From: Azolla caroliniana
Lineage: Eukaryota; Plantae; Polypodiophyta
NCBI GenBank assembly: GCA_043228905.1
Contig: JBHGNT010000017.1
Coordinates: 1,178,001-1,242,000, forward strand
Reading direction: 5' to 3'
DNA length: 64,000 nt
The stretch's first letter is position 1. Each line of letters begins with the position of its first letter. Position numbers and translations under genes: made by a program. Below are positions 38,301-50,609 of the stretch, in pieces. The notes below the pieces were generated by a model. That model searched no databases. It worked only from the letters and a program-made list of their open reading frames with translations, and was not told where the DNA came from.

Positions 38301-38758
38301 CCACGGTGGACTGGAGGGATGAGATGAGTCGGGAGGAACTGTTGGCGGCGCGGATTCGATAGCTCGAGCGGAGGCCGGAGGACGTAGAGCGAGCCACGAA
38401 GAAACTTCGAGTAGCGAGGATAAGGAACAAAGGCCGGTTCGACCGAACACACCGGTCCAGGCCAAGGAAGATCGAGGAAGGCGACTAGGTGCTAGCCTAC
38501 GACAGCAACCTCGACAATCAGCACAGGGCCACGCAAAAGTTTGCGAGGAGGTGGTTCGGGCCTTACGTAGTAACAGGCGCCAACAACAATGGGACGTACC
38601 ATCTCGCGGTGCTCGACGGTAAGAGAATGGCGATACCGGTAGCGGGGAAGAGGATCAAAGCATTCAAGAAATGGCACGACGGGGAGCCGGGGCTAGGAGG
38701 CATGGACAACGACGACGAGCAGCCCGAGGCGGAGGATGAACCGGTAAACGAGGAATAA
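35280..38758 (+). pseudogene. G3 pol (RT, RNase H, integrase)
   Basis: ORFs 35502..37085, 37154..38197 and 38489..38758; PFLDD, VDTSPTGIG, H..GH..C..C integrase zinc finger. Confidence 0.93.
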
Positions 38759-39447
38759 AAGCAAGGGTCGGTTTTCTCCCGTAGGAACCCAATTTTGGCG
38801 CATACCGGTGGATGCGCGGTTAGGTAGGGGTGGATGTCGTGAAGAAAACCGTCCCCAGGCACAAATCGTGTATATTGTGTGTGAACCAGCCCTTACACGT
38901 GGGCACGTCCCTTGTCGTAAAGTAGATAGGTAGGCGCAAAGGTCAAATCCTAGGTAGCAATATTCTGTAAGGTAAATCGAGGAGTATCTCTGTCTGAAAG
39001 GACAGAGAATTAATGTGATGTAAACGGGTTAAACGGTCTCCCTCCTTGAGCTATAAAGGAGAGGGAAACGAGGGAGAGAGGGGATCGCGCGCTAGAGGGA
39101 ATGAAGTGCTGTCGAACGGGGACCGAGCTCTTCTTCTCTGTCGTTCTCCATAGTTTCTTTTGCGCAGGTTCTCAGGAGGCTGATTCTGCTCCGAGGAACG
39201 CCCGTGTGCTTCCGGCAGAATCTCCATCTTGCTCTCCTGTGTGCATGGGTGATTAGGCGTCGGCATCCACCTCGCCGATTTGATCGGCTGTAACCATTCG
39301 AGTCATCTGCATACTTACGAATACATGCCTATTCTTACATACATACTCTAGTGTTCTGAACTCGTGTATCCTGTGTTGTTGTGCCGCGTCCCCGTGCGCT
39401 TCTTTGCCTATACGTGAGTGAGCGTCTCTTTCTCTTTCTCTCTCTCT

Positions 39448-39506
<59 letters not shown>

Positions 39507-42060
39507 CTTCACATACTCCTCGGTCCAAAACCCCAATGGTCCCGCCTTGTTCTCCACGCACGCGCGTAACAACGCGACAACATGAAGAGGCAAGACGGAC
39601 GACACTCCGTCCAATTCTTGACAGTGAGACCGAACCACGAGCGTAACCATGAGACTCTCGACGGTGATGGCCAAGGGGATTTTTTGAGAGGGCTATCAAG
39701 GCGTGGGACCACGATAGTCCGAAGACTCTGGAGGAACCCCACACGTGTACCATAGGTAGGAAATTTTTGTTCTCTAACAACGGAGGTTGTACGATAACCG
39801 GCATCTGCGGCTGGGAAAGAGCCCTCAACCCTGACGAAGAGATTGGCGGTGCCATGGAGGCGGTCTCCTTTGACGACACCTTGGGAGAGATAAGGAAGGT
39901 GGTCGAAGAAAGCCTCGGTGAAGATCGAATGATTCCGGTTAGTTCTGTGGGGATATACGAAGTCATTGCTGACTTCGGGGAGAAGGTCGAGTAAAATCGA
40001 ACGGTCTACGTAGATACGAAGTACATGACAGTGGACCAAAAGGAGAGGCCAGTCGTGGCACCCTTGCTGGAGGGCAGTGAGGAGCGGATGAAGGGGGTCG
40101 CATTGGACCCGAGTTTGCGGAATCCGGCCGGAATAGGGCACAAGTTCACCAACAAAATGCTACGGGAGCTCAAGATTGGTGGGGGTGGCTTTCTACTACC
40201 AATGGAGGAGGAATGATTTCAGAGAATGCTCGGGAGGCACGAGAAGGCCTTCACATTCTCACCAGAGGAGATTGGGTGCGTGGACCTGACGATTGTGGAA
40301 CCTATGGTTATCTTCACAGTACCGCATATGCCGTGGAATTTCAAACCGATTCCGGTACCCAGAGCTCACATCCCGAAGTTGATGGAGCTACTGATGCAGA
40401 AGGTGGAGATGGGCATCCTCAAGCCGTCAAGTGCCCCGTATTCGAATCAGTGGTTTACCGTGCCGTAGAAGAACGACATGCTACACTTCATTCAGGACCT
40501 GCAGTCGGTCAAAGGGTGTTCGGTGGAGGATCAAGATGAATCGATTGGTCCGGACGGGTGCCGAAGGTTCGTGGCAGACCACATCAACGATTGCGAGAAG
40601 GTGCTACATAGGCTCGATAGAGCGCTGTCGTGAAGAAAACCGGCCAGAAGCAGAATCGGCGAAGCAGGGCGCATGAACCGGCCCTACACTTTTCCACACT
40701 AATTACTACCTTGTACATAACTAGGAGTAGGACGGTGGGTGTAAATAGACTAGATGTGACACATTGAATGTCTAGGAAATCGAAGAGTATCTCTGTCCGA
40801 AAGGATAGAGAATAAATTGGTGAAACCGAGGGTGCAATGGCCTGCCTCAATGGCCTATAAAAGGGAAGGAAGAAGGCAGATGAAGGATCGACGTTTTGGG
40901 GAGCGAGGATGAAGTGTTGTCAGATAGGGACCGAGCTCTCTCCTCCATCATTCGTCCTTCTCTGCAGGATTTCGGACTGTGTTGCCTCTGCTTCGTGGAC
41001 AGCTTGTGTGCTTCCGGCAGAGGCTCTACAGTGTAGTCGGGGTTGTGTGCGTGCGTGAGCATCGTGTGTGTGTGTGTGTGTTCACCTGAGTTGGGTCCGT
41101 CGCCGGCTTGCCGGTTGTAATCGTTATTGATTTATAATTAAGACACTGTTCTCTCTCTTTCTCCCTCTGTGTTTCTGCAAGCTGCTCTCTCTCCCTCTCT
41201 TCTTTCTCACGCTCCTTGGTTCAAGGCCCCCGCGGTCCTGCCTCTTTCCACACGCGAAGAGCGTAACAACTCGACATATTTGGTGAACCCGACGTGAAAC
41301 AGGCGGCAAAGGAGTGAAGGATGAGGGGATCCGAGCTTCTTGAAGCTATGGCCGTATCCGTCAACCGGCTAGTGAGCACTCGCGAGGGAACAGGTGCCCT
41401 TGACAGGGCCATTGAGTCGATCGTCGGCACCATAGGTCGATTCGGTGGGAAGAATGTCACGAGCTACTTGGAGGCCTACCGGGCCGAAATGATCATGAGG
41501 GACATCTTGGTGGACAGGCGACTGTCCGGATTCCCTTGGGTGGTGACGCCGAGCATCCACGTAGAGGTGCTCGAGGTGTTGGCCGGATGCCAGACTTGGG
41601 AGGAGTTCAAGCTGCGGCTCCTCGAGATGTATGTGTTCGATGAATCGCTTCGGTTGTCGAAGTGAGACTTCATGGCGTGGGTTGAGAGCCCAGGGAAGGG
41701 GAGAAACGCATCGACGCTCGTCCGGTTCGCACGACTGTCAACGTTGGACACAAGCTGGGTACTACTGTTTGTCAAGGCGGTGGACGCCATGGACCGGGAG
41801 AAGGTGGGTCTCCTGTTGGAAATGGACGAAGGGCTCACGACAGACTGGGCCATGGTAAGGAGGGTCTGTGGTCGTTTCGACAAGCGGCGCGAGGGGAGCG
41901 ATGAGGGCTCGTCGGCGGCAAGGCCGGTCCCGGCGAGGGAGCTCGAGGAGCTGGTCTCGGTACCGGCTAGGAAGGAAGAAACTCGGAGTTGGCTTGAGAC
42001 GGGCTTAGCCCCGAGTGGAGTGGTCAAAGGCCCCTCCGGAGGCACGGCTCTAGAAGAGTA

Positions 42061-43244
42061 TGTCCACCAGGATATCCCTCACGATCATTTCGGCCCTGTA
42101 AGCCTCCAAATAACTTGTGGCGTCTTTCCCTCCGAACCAGCCTATAGTGCCGACGATCGATTTAATGGCTCTGTCTAGGGTACCCGTCCCCTCACGAGCG
42201 CTTACCAGCCGGTCGACGGCTACCGCCATTGCCTCCTCTAGCTTCGATCCCCTCATCTTTCGACTCCTTTGCCGCCTGTTCACGTCGGGTTCACCAAATA
42301 TGTCGCGTTGTTACGCGCGTTGTCGTGAAGAATATGCTTCACGATATAAAAATGAGCTTAAATGTTGTATTTAATAATATTTGAGAGACTTGAACCCACA
42401 TCCTTATATACGATGTACAATGTACATACCACTAGGCTAGGTTATTGTAATAAATGTGCTTCATGATATAAGAATGAAGCTATATATTGTATTAAGTAAA
42501 ATTGAGGGACTTGAACCCTCAACCTTGTATATCAAGCACAAACCATACACCACTAAGCTAGGTTATTTGTTTTAGCGTTATATCCATCATTATACTTATC
42601 CCAATACATGGGAGCTCAAATGAGCATGATGGCTATCATGCATCACATGCAATGCATGTGCGCCAAATGGCGATCATGCATCAGATGTAACTCATGCATT
42701 ACATGCATGACATTACCATATGCATGGAAATACTTATAAAAAGAGAGGAAAGGAAAACAAAAGGGAATCAATGAATCAAGAGAAAGTGAGAAAATAATAT
42801 AATCAAGTAAAGAAGACTAGCTCATTGGGTGGAGAACCTCTCGTTTCGAAGTTGAGGTCGTGGGTTCAAATCAAGGGTCGGTAGAGAATGTGTTCAGTTT
42901 GCGATCAAGGATTGTAAAGTTGGTAAAATATTGTCTTTTTAATATACATCATGTTTATATCAAATACTCTTGCTTATTGATTCATACTTTGTCTCAATCT
43001 TCCTTATTAAATCATATTTTGTCTCTATCTTGCTTCTTGAATCATATATTGTCTCTATCTTCTATCTATTCTCATCTCTCTCTCACACGCACATTACTCG
43101 TAACTCTTCTTCTTGCTACTCTTAACCTTTCTAACATCACCATACAAGCCTTATTAAAATTTAAGTTCCTTCAACTCCCCTTAACCTTCGTCCCTGCGAC
43201 TTCGCCGCACGAACCACAACTACCCCGACAACGTGCGTGTAGAA
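42061..43244 (-). mobile_element. Inverted fragment (LTR end, PBS, gag start) of another Trp-family element, interrupted by a solo LTR
   Basis: ORF 42050..42283 MRGSKLEEAMA; PBS 42279-42296; LTR end 42301-42320 continuing at 43235-43244. Confidence 0.8.
42321..43230 (+). mobile_element. AT-rich solo LTR carrying three tRNA-like modules
   Basis: TGTCGTGAAG...CGACA; TSD GCGT/ACGT. Confidence 0.82.
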
Positions 43245-45327
43245 AGATGGTTACCGAAGCCCAAAGACGTAGATATCCTCTCAGAGAGAGAAGGGCCCCC
43301 CGTAGATTTCCGGATGTAGAGCATGTGCTGCTAACCGATGAGGGGGAGCCAGAAGGCTTCGAAGAAGCGAAGGAGGACACCCATAGCCGCAAATGGTTAA
43401 GTGCCATGCAGGATGAGATGGATTCCCTGCATGAAAACCATACGTACGAATTGGTGGAGTTGCCGAAAGGAAAGCGAGCACTCCGAAACAAGTGGGTGTA
43501 CAAGTTGAAACCGGGAGATGTCGGCAACCCCCCGAGATACAAAGCCATGATTGTGGTGAAGGGGTTCCAGCAGAAGAAGGGCGTGGACTTCGACGAGATA
43601 TTTGCCCCGGTAGTAAAGATGACCTCCATCCTGACGGTGCTAAGTATAGCGGCAAGCATGGACCTCGAGGTAGAGCAGTTGGACGTGAAGACGACATTCC
43701 TTCATGGTGACCCCGAAGAGGAGATCTACATGCAACAACCGGAAGGATTCGTGGAGAAAGGGAAGGAGCAACTGGTTTGCCGGTTGAAGAAGAGTCTGTA
43801 CGGACTGAAGCAAGCTCCCCAACAATGGTACCAGAAGTTCGACTCCTTCGTGACCGATCAAGGGTACCACAAGACGCAGGCCGATCATTGCGTGTTTGTG
43901 AAGAAGTTCGAAGGAGACGACTTCCTGATACTCCTTCTGTACATGGACGACATGTTGATCATCGGACGGAACCAAGCCAGAATACGGATGCTGAAGAAGG
44001 CTCTCAACCGAACCTTTGCGATGAAGGACTTGGGTCCGGCAAGACAGATGTTGGGGATGCATATCATCCGGAACCGGTCAATGAAGCAATTGTGGCTGTC
44101 ACAGGAGAAGTACGTGACAAAGGTGCTGAATCTGCGATTCAACATGTTGGAAGCGAAACCGGTCGGATCGATACTCCTGGCAAACTGCAGATTATCCGGT
44201 CAGCAAAGCCCAAAGACGAAAGCAGAGAAGGCTGATATGCCTCTGCCGTCGGGAGCATAATGTACGCAATGGTGTGTACCCGATTGGATATAGGATACGT
44301 AGTCGGAGTGGTGAGCCGGTTTATGAGCAATCCCGGCGAGGAGCACTGGAACGCGGTCAAATGGATACTCCGGTACTTGAAGGGCACTTCAAATATGTGT
44401 CTCCAATTCGGCTCCGGAAAATCTCAACTTGACGGTTTTACCCATTCGGACATGTCAGCTGATGTGGATACCAGCCGGTCTACATCCGGGTATGTAATGA
44501 CATATGCAAGGGGAGCTGTTTCGTGGCAGTCGAGGCCGCAGAAGACGGTTGTGTTGTCAACCACGGAGGTGGAGTACATGGCGGCTGTGGAAGCCGGCAA
44601 GGAAATATTATGGATGAAGGACTTCATTGGGAGAGCTCGGTATCCGACAAGATGAATACCGGCTCTATTGCGACAGTCAAAGTGCCATCCACCTTGGTAA
44701 GAATGCAGCCTACCATTCTCGGATGAAGCATATTCAGCATAGGTATCACTAGATCTGGGAAAGAGTAGATGACTAGGAGCTCGCGCTGACGAAGATCCAC
44801 ATGGCCGAGAACGGGTCAGATATGCTGACCAAAGTACTGACACCTGACAAGCTGGATGCATGTCGGAAGCGGGTCGGACTAGTAAGACATCCCATGCCGG
44901 AGTGAAGGGGGAGTTTGTTAGGAAACAGGTCCCTCCGGAAGGGAAGTGAAAAGAACAGTGTTGATGAGCAAACTAGGTCGAGGCCAGAACCGGATGAGGA
45001 GTACCCGGCAACGGAAGACCCGGTGAGAACCAGATGAGGAGTACTCGGCAACGGAAGACCCGGTGAGAACCGGATGAGGAGTACCTGGCAACGGAAGACC
45101 TGGTGAGAACCGGATGATGAGTGCCCGTTAAGTGCCGGATGATGCAGACCCGGTGAGGAGTGCTCACTGGAAGAAGGGACATATTCGTAAATATGTTTCT
45201 GAGAGTCCATTGGGGCTATATTTGTAAATAGCCGAAAAGTTATTTTAGTATAAATATGACTTAGAGCAAACTTAGTATAGATGATGTTGTTATTCTTGTT
45301 GGTGCAAGATTAGTGCGCGTAACTGTG

Positions 45328-45375
<48 letters not shown>

Positions 45376-45650
45376 ACGAAGAGTTCGTATCTCTGTTGTA
45401 ACCGCCGCCTGTGGCGAAGACAGTGAACAAGAGGTTGTAGCCTCTGTGTTCATCTATTGTATATTGTTACATAGTGATAGTTAGCAGTCAGTGGACTGCC
45501 ATGGTTTTTCCCGTGTTTTGGGTTTTCCACATAAACATCCTGTGTACTTTTCTCTCCATTGTGTTGTGCATTCATTCCTGTTTTCTGTGTCTTGATTCTA
45601 AGCTTGGTTGTGGCCGAGCGTTGTTCATTGGGAGTGCGTAGTTCCTGACA
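43245..45650 (+). mobile_element. 3' half of Ty1/copia C3 (RT, RNase H, PPT, 3' LTR)
   Basis: LDVKTTFLHG, YMDDML; PPT 44904-44913; LTR 44916-45650 with about 39-bp tandem repeats (44986-45120) and (AG)n. Confidence 0.92.
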
Positions 45651-45676
45651 TGACGGGACACGATTGGCGGTGCCGA

Positions 45677-46044
45677 TAGCCGGGAAGTGGATTAAGGCGT
45701 TCAAGAAGTGGTACGAAGACGAGCCGGAGTGGGGGAGCGATAACGACGACGATCGGTTCGGGCTAGCCGAGAAGCGGATTAAGGCGTTCAAGAAGCGGTA
45801 CGAAGACGAGCCGGAGTGGGGGAGCGATAACGACGACGATCGGTTCGGGCTAGCCGGGAAGCGGATTAAGGCGTTCAAGAAGCGGTACGAAGACGAGCCG
45901 GAGTGGGGGAGTGATAACGACGACGATCGGTTCGGGCTAGCCGGGAAGTGGATTAAGGCGTTCAAGAAGCGGATTAAGGCGTTCAAGAAGCGGTACGAAG
46001 ACGAGCCGGAGTGGGGGAGCGATAACGACGACGATCGGTTCGGG
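45677..46044 (+). repeat. 87-bp tandem repeat x4 in the G4 integrase tail
   Basis: Units start at 45677, 45764, 45851 and 45938; the fourth has an extra 21-bp duplication. Confidence 0.92.
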
Positions 46045-49011
46045 AACGGCGATAGTCCGAAGGGCGACGAGTGAACGTGAGCCGGTTTTCTCCGGTATCT
46101 ATCCCTCTCCGGTGCATACCGGTGGATGCGTGGTTTGGTGTGGGTGGATGTCGTGAAGAAAACCGGCCAGAAGCGGAATCGGCGAAGCAGGGCGCATGAA
46201 CCAGCCCTACACTTTTCCACACTAATTACTACCCTGTACATAACTAGGAGTAGCACGGTGGGTGTAAATAGACTAGATGTGACACATTGAATGTCTAGGA
46301 AATCGAAAAGTATCTCTGTCCGAAAGGATAGAGAATAAATTGGTGAAACCGAGGGTGCAACGGCCTGCCTCAATGGCCTATAAAAGGGAAGGAAGAAGGC
46401 GGATGAAGGATCAACGTTTTGGGGAGCGAGGACGAAGTGCTGTCGGACTGGGACCAAGCTCTCTCCTCCATCATTCGTCCTTCTCTGCAGGATTTTGGAC
46501 TATGTTGCCTCTGCTTCGTGGACAACCTGTGTGCTTCCGGCAGAGGCTCTACAGTGTAGTCAGGGTTGTGTGCGTGTGTGAGCATCGTGTGTGTGTGTGT
46601 GTGTGTTCGCCTGAGTTGGGTTCGTCGTTGGCTTGACAGTTGTAATCGTTATAGATTTATAATTAAGACACTATTCTCTCTCTTTCTCCCTCTGTGTTTC
46701 TGCAAGCTGCTCTCTCTCCCTCTTTTCTTTCTCACGCTCCTTGGTTTAAGGCCCCCGTGGTCCCGCCTCTTTCCACACGCGAAGAGCGTAACAACTCGAC
46801 AACGTGACTCACCTTCTCCGGAGAGAAATCAACTTTCGGGCAGCCTGAAATCATGGTGGTCGGACACTTGTGTGGGCCTTACGGCCAGAAACCGTCTTCG
46901 GCGAAAGTGGAAGCCATTTCCGCAATGAAGGAAGAATGCAAGTCAGTTACGGAGGTACAAAGGTTTCTGGGTGCATGCACGCTCTACCACATCTGGGTTC
47001 CGCATTATGCACACAACGCAGAACCACTCTACAAGTTGCTGAAGAAAGGGCGGAAGTTTGAGTGGAAGGAGGAACATGCAGAGTCAATCTGAAAGTTGAA
47101 GGAGGCGCTAACCGCGGCACCGACACTTCGGAAAGCGGTTTACGGCAAGGAGGTCCCGGTTTACGTGACCATAGACACGAGCCCAACCGGAATCGGATGG
47201 GTGGTTAGTCAGGAGGACGAGAGCGGCGCGAGGTTCCCCATCCGGTTCGGCGCGAAGGTACTGAGTGAGCGACAACAAGGATATGCCCAGGTTAAATGTG
47301 AACTTTGGGGTATCGTTTCGGCAGTCAAGGCCGACAAAGACTATTTGATTGGGATGGAGGTCATAATCGAGACGAATTGCCTACCGATACTCGGTATGGT
47401 TTCACGTACATTAAGTCCTTGAATCCGGAGATACGACACATCTTTGGGAAGAGCAACGCCATGGCCGACATGCTTTTGAGAGCACGGTTCGATGACGAGG
47501 ACAACATGGTTTCGGAGGATGAAGAAATCGACGTAGACTTCTTCGAGTCGGCTTGCATAGCGGTAGGGAAGGGAAGCACTCCAGCACTTAACGAATTTAA
47601 CGAGGACGAGTATGACGGGGAGTGGCTCCAGATCGGTAGGTTCTTGAGGACAATGACGCCAAACGCGGCATGGACGAAGGACAAGCAAAACCGGATTCTC
47701 CTACAGAATGGGAGCATATGGAAGCATCCGAAGAAACGAGACGACATTCCACTCCGCGTGGCGGCAAGAGGGGAGGAGCAGGAAGCGCTGCTAGCGGCGT
47801 ATCACGAGAGTCCTTGGGCCAGACATCGCGGAAAGTGGGCCACATTCGACAAGCTAAAGGAGAAGTATTGGTGGCCGGGAATGTACCAAGACGTGCATCA
47901 GTTCGTGACGACTTGCGAGAGTTGTCAGATGCATTCCGCGATCCGACATCGGGACGAGTTGTGCCCGACCTACCCGTGAGCCGTCCATTTCAAATGGATG
48001 GTGGATTTAGTGATGATGTCGATGGGTGTAGGGCAGATGTGGTACCTGGTGCTTGCACAAGAGGACCTGACGAATCAAGTGGAGGGTCGTGCACTACAGA
48101 ACAAGATGACTACGGCTGCGTGCCGGTTCCTGATTGAGGAGGTGAATGCTAGTACAGATGCGTAGGGAAAATTGTGGCTAACCGGGGGGAGTTGGACGCG
48201 CAGGAAGGCGAAGAGTTGTTTGGCCGATTAGGGGTTAAGCTCTCTCTCGCTACGACGTACAATCCGGAGGCAAACGAAAAGGTGGAGCGCGGGCACGAGA
48301 AATTGTGAAGGCGTTAGTATGGGCATGCGAAGGACAAGTCGGGAATTGGCCGCGGCTGTTACCTTACGCGCTATGGGCGGACCGAACTACGCACAGTTCG
48401 GTAACCAGGTTCATGCCGGCAAAGCTGATGTACGGGTAGAAGTCGATCATGCCGACGGAGCAGATGATCTCCTCATGGGCTACGGTGCACTGGAGAGACG
48501 AGATGAGCCGGGAAGAGTTGTTGACGACGCGGATTCGACATCTCAAACGAAGACCAGAGGACGTGGATCGGGCGAAGGCGAAGCTGCACGCGACAAGAGC
48601 GAAGAATAAAGGCCAGTTCGACCAAACGCACCGGCTACGACAGAGGAAGATTGAGGAAGGTGACTGGGTGTTGGTTTAGGATAGCAGCCTCAACAACCAG
48701 CACAAGGCGACGCGTAAGTTCTCGAGAAGGTGGTTCAGGTCCTACGTCGTAACGAACGCAAACAACAACAGCACCTACCACCTCACGGAGCTCGACGGAA
48801 CACGGATACCAACACCGATAGTGGGGAAGAGGATCAAGGTGTTCAAGAAACGACACGAAGATGAACCGAACCCAGGGAGCGCGGATGATAGTGACAACCG
48901 GGCTGGAGGGGACGGCAAGCCGGAGAGCGACAAATGAACACGGGCCGGTTTTCCCCGGTATTCGTGTCTTTCTGGCGCATGCCGGTGGATGCACGGTTTG
49001 GTGGGGGTGCA

Positions 49012-49407
49012 TGTCATGAAGAAAACCGGCCATAAAGGGAATCGGGGATCAAAGCGCATGAACTGGTGCATACACATATGCGCACAGAATTAAAATAACT
49101 TGTACATAGCTAAGAATAGGTCAACGCAAGGAACATATTTTGGAAATTGAAGCGTATCTCTGCCCGAAGGGACAGAGAATAAGGATGGTCTGATGGGAGA
49201 TGTGACATTCCTCCCTCGCCGGCCTATAAGAGGCGCGAGAGAAAGACTGGCGGTTATCGCGTTTTGGGGAGAAAAAGGGGGGGAGGTGTTGTCAGAGTGG
49301 GGTTCGAGCACTATTTCTGTGTGATCTCTGCAGAACTTTGGTCGGTTGCCTCTGCTCGTGAGGAAAGCCCGGGTGCTTCCGGCAAAGGCTCCATTGCGTA
49401 ACTCGGC

Positions 49408-49438
<31 letters not shown>

Positions 49439-49775
49439 ATGCGTGTGTTTGGTTGGTCACCGGTGTGCCGGTTGTAATATCAGAAAGGTTGTAATTACTT
49501 GTTAGTCATAATTGATTCCTCTTGGGAAGTGGTCTCCTTGTTTTATAGTGACATTCTCTAATCTGTTGATTCCGTAACCGATCCGGTGTGCTTCTCTGTC
49601 TAACTCGCGCGTAGTTGTGTTCTCGTTTGACCCGACGAGCACAGTTCTTGCCGACAACCAGTACTTGCTGATCCATCGCTTCCATTCTCTTCCTTCTCTA
49701 CTTTCACGCACTCCTCAGTTCAAGGCCCCCGCGGTCCCGCCTTAGTTTCCTACGTGCATGCATAACAATGCGACA
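49012..49775 (+). repeat. 3' LTR of G2, also serving as 5' LTR of a tandem copy
   Basis: Preceded by a PPT and followed by a PBS (49780) and gag (49822-50385). Confidence 0.88.
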
Positions 49776-50388
49776 TCTTTGGTGAACCCGACGTGAATCA
49801 AGGCAGAAGAGGAGTTAGAAGATGAGAGGGTCCGAACTCGACGAAGCCCTGGCGGTGGCCTTTGACGGGCTAGCGAACGCTCACGAGGGTACAAGTGCCC
49901 TCAATAGGGCCATTGAGTCGATTGTCAGCATTATAGGCCGGTTCGAAGGGAAGAAGGCTACAAGTTATTTGGAGACCTATCAAGCCGAGATGATAATGAC
50001 GAACATCCCGGAGGATAGGTGGCTGATCGGATTCCCTCGGGTGGTGACACTAGGCATCCACACACAGGTGCTCAAAGTGCGGGCAGGTTGCCAGACCTAG
50101 GAGGAGTTCGAAGGGCGCCTCCTCGAGAAGTACAGGTTTGATGACTCGCTCTGGTTGTCAAAGCGGGGCTTCATGGAATGGGTTGAGACCCCTGGGAAAG
50201 GGAGGAACGCGTCGACGCTCCTCCATGAGTTCGAGAGACGGTTTGCTCGTCTCTCGGCATTAGATAGGATTGTGCTCGACACGAGTCGAGTCTTGTTATT
50301 CGTCAAGTCTATGGACATGCATGATCGAGAGCAGGTGGGTCTCCTGCTGGAGACGGATGATGGGTTGATGGCCGACTGGGTTGTGGGC

Positions 50389-50533
50389 AAGTATGTGAAG
50401 CTAGTGTACCACTACCTGATCAGCCTTGAGCGCTTCTACCTTTTCACCATCCTTGTGTTGTTGGTCGCCTTGAGTGTGTAGATCAAGACCCTATCCAACT
50501 AGGTCTTTGGATTGAGCTATGGAACAACCTGAA
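50389..50533 (+). pseudogene. Fragment of a 3-ketoacyl-CoA synthase (KCS/FAE1-like) N-terminus
   Basis: KYVKLVYHYLIS plus a hydrophobic helix, and LWIELWNNL in another frame; resembles the KCS hallmark KYVKLGYHYLI. Confidence 0.7.
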
Positions 50534-50609
50534 TGCGAGATTATTTGGGATTGTAGCCTACATGGGGCCGAATTAAAAACGAAGGACGTTTGATTTCCAG
50601 AAAGTTAAA

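Larger units (their letters stand above)
20206..39579 (+). mobile_element. Gypsy G3 (tRNA-Trp PBS), best-preserved coding copy, nested in G2
   Basis: LTRs 20206-20920 and 38835-39579; PBS 20925; gag 20964-21390, 30401-30573 and 33754-35280; pol to 38758; TSD GCGT/ACAT restores the G2 frame. Confidence 0.93.
40626..46801 (+). mobile_element. Gypsy G4 (tRNA-Trp PBS), rearranged, nested in G2 RT
   Basis: LTRs 40626-41276 and 46149-46801; PBS 41281; gag 41321-42057; only the integrase tail remains (45651-46074); TSD GCGC/ACGT. Confidence 0.9.
16484..49775 (+). mobile_element. Gypsy G2 (tRNA-Trp PBS), decayed; host of G3, G4, a solo LTR and the 84-bp insert
   Basis: LTRs 16484-17245 and 49012-49775; PBS at 17250; gag 17300-20205 resuming at 39584; pol 39690-40625 resuming at 46806-48937; PPT about 49000-49011. 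Confidence 0.9.

Noticed and set aside
42860-44260. 466-aa membrane-anchored reverse transcriptase
   Set aside because: Chance read-through from a T-rich solo LTR into a truncated copia RT.
45677-46044. CRISPR-like array
   Set aside because: Head-to-tail repeats without unique spacers, derived from integrase coding sequence; eukaryotic context with no cas genes.
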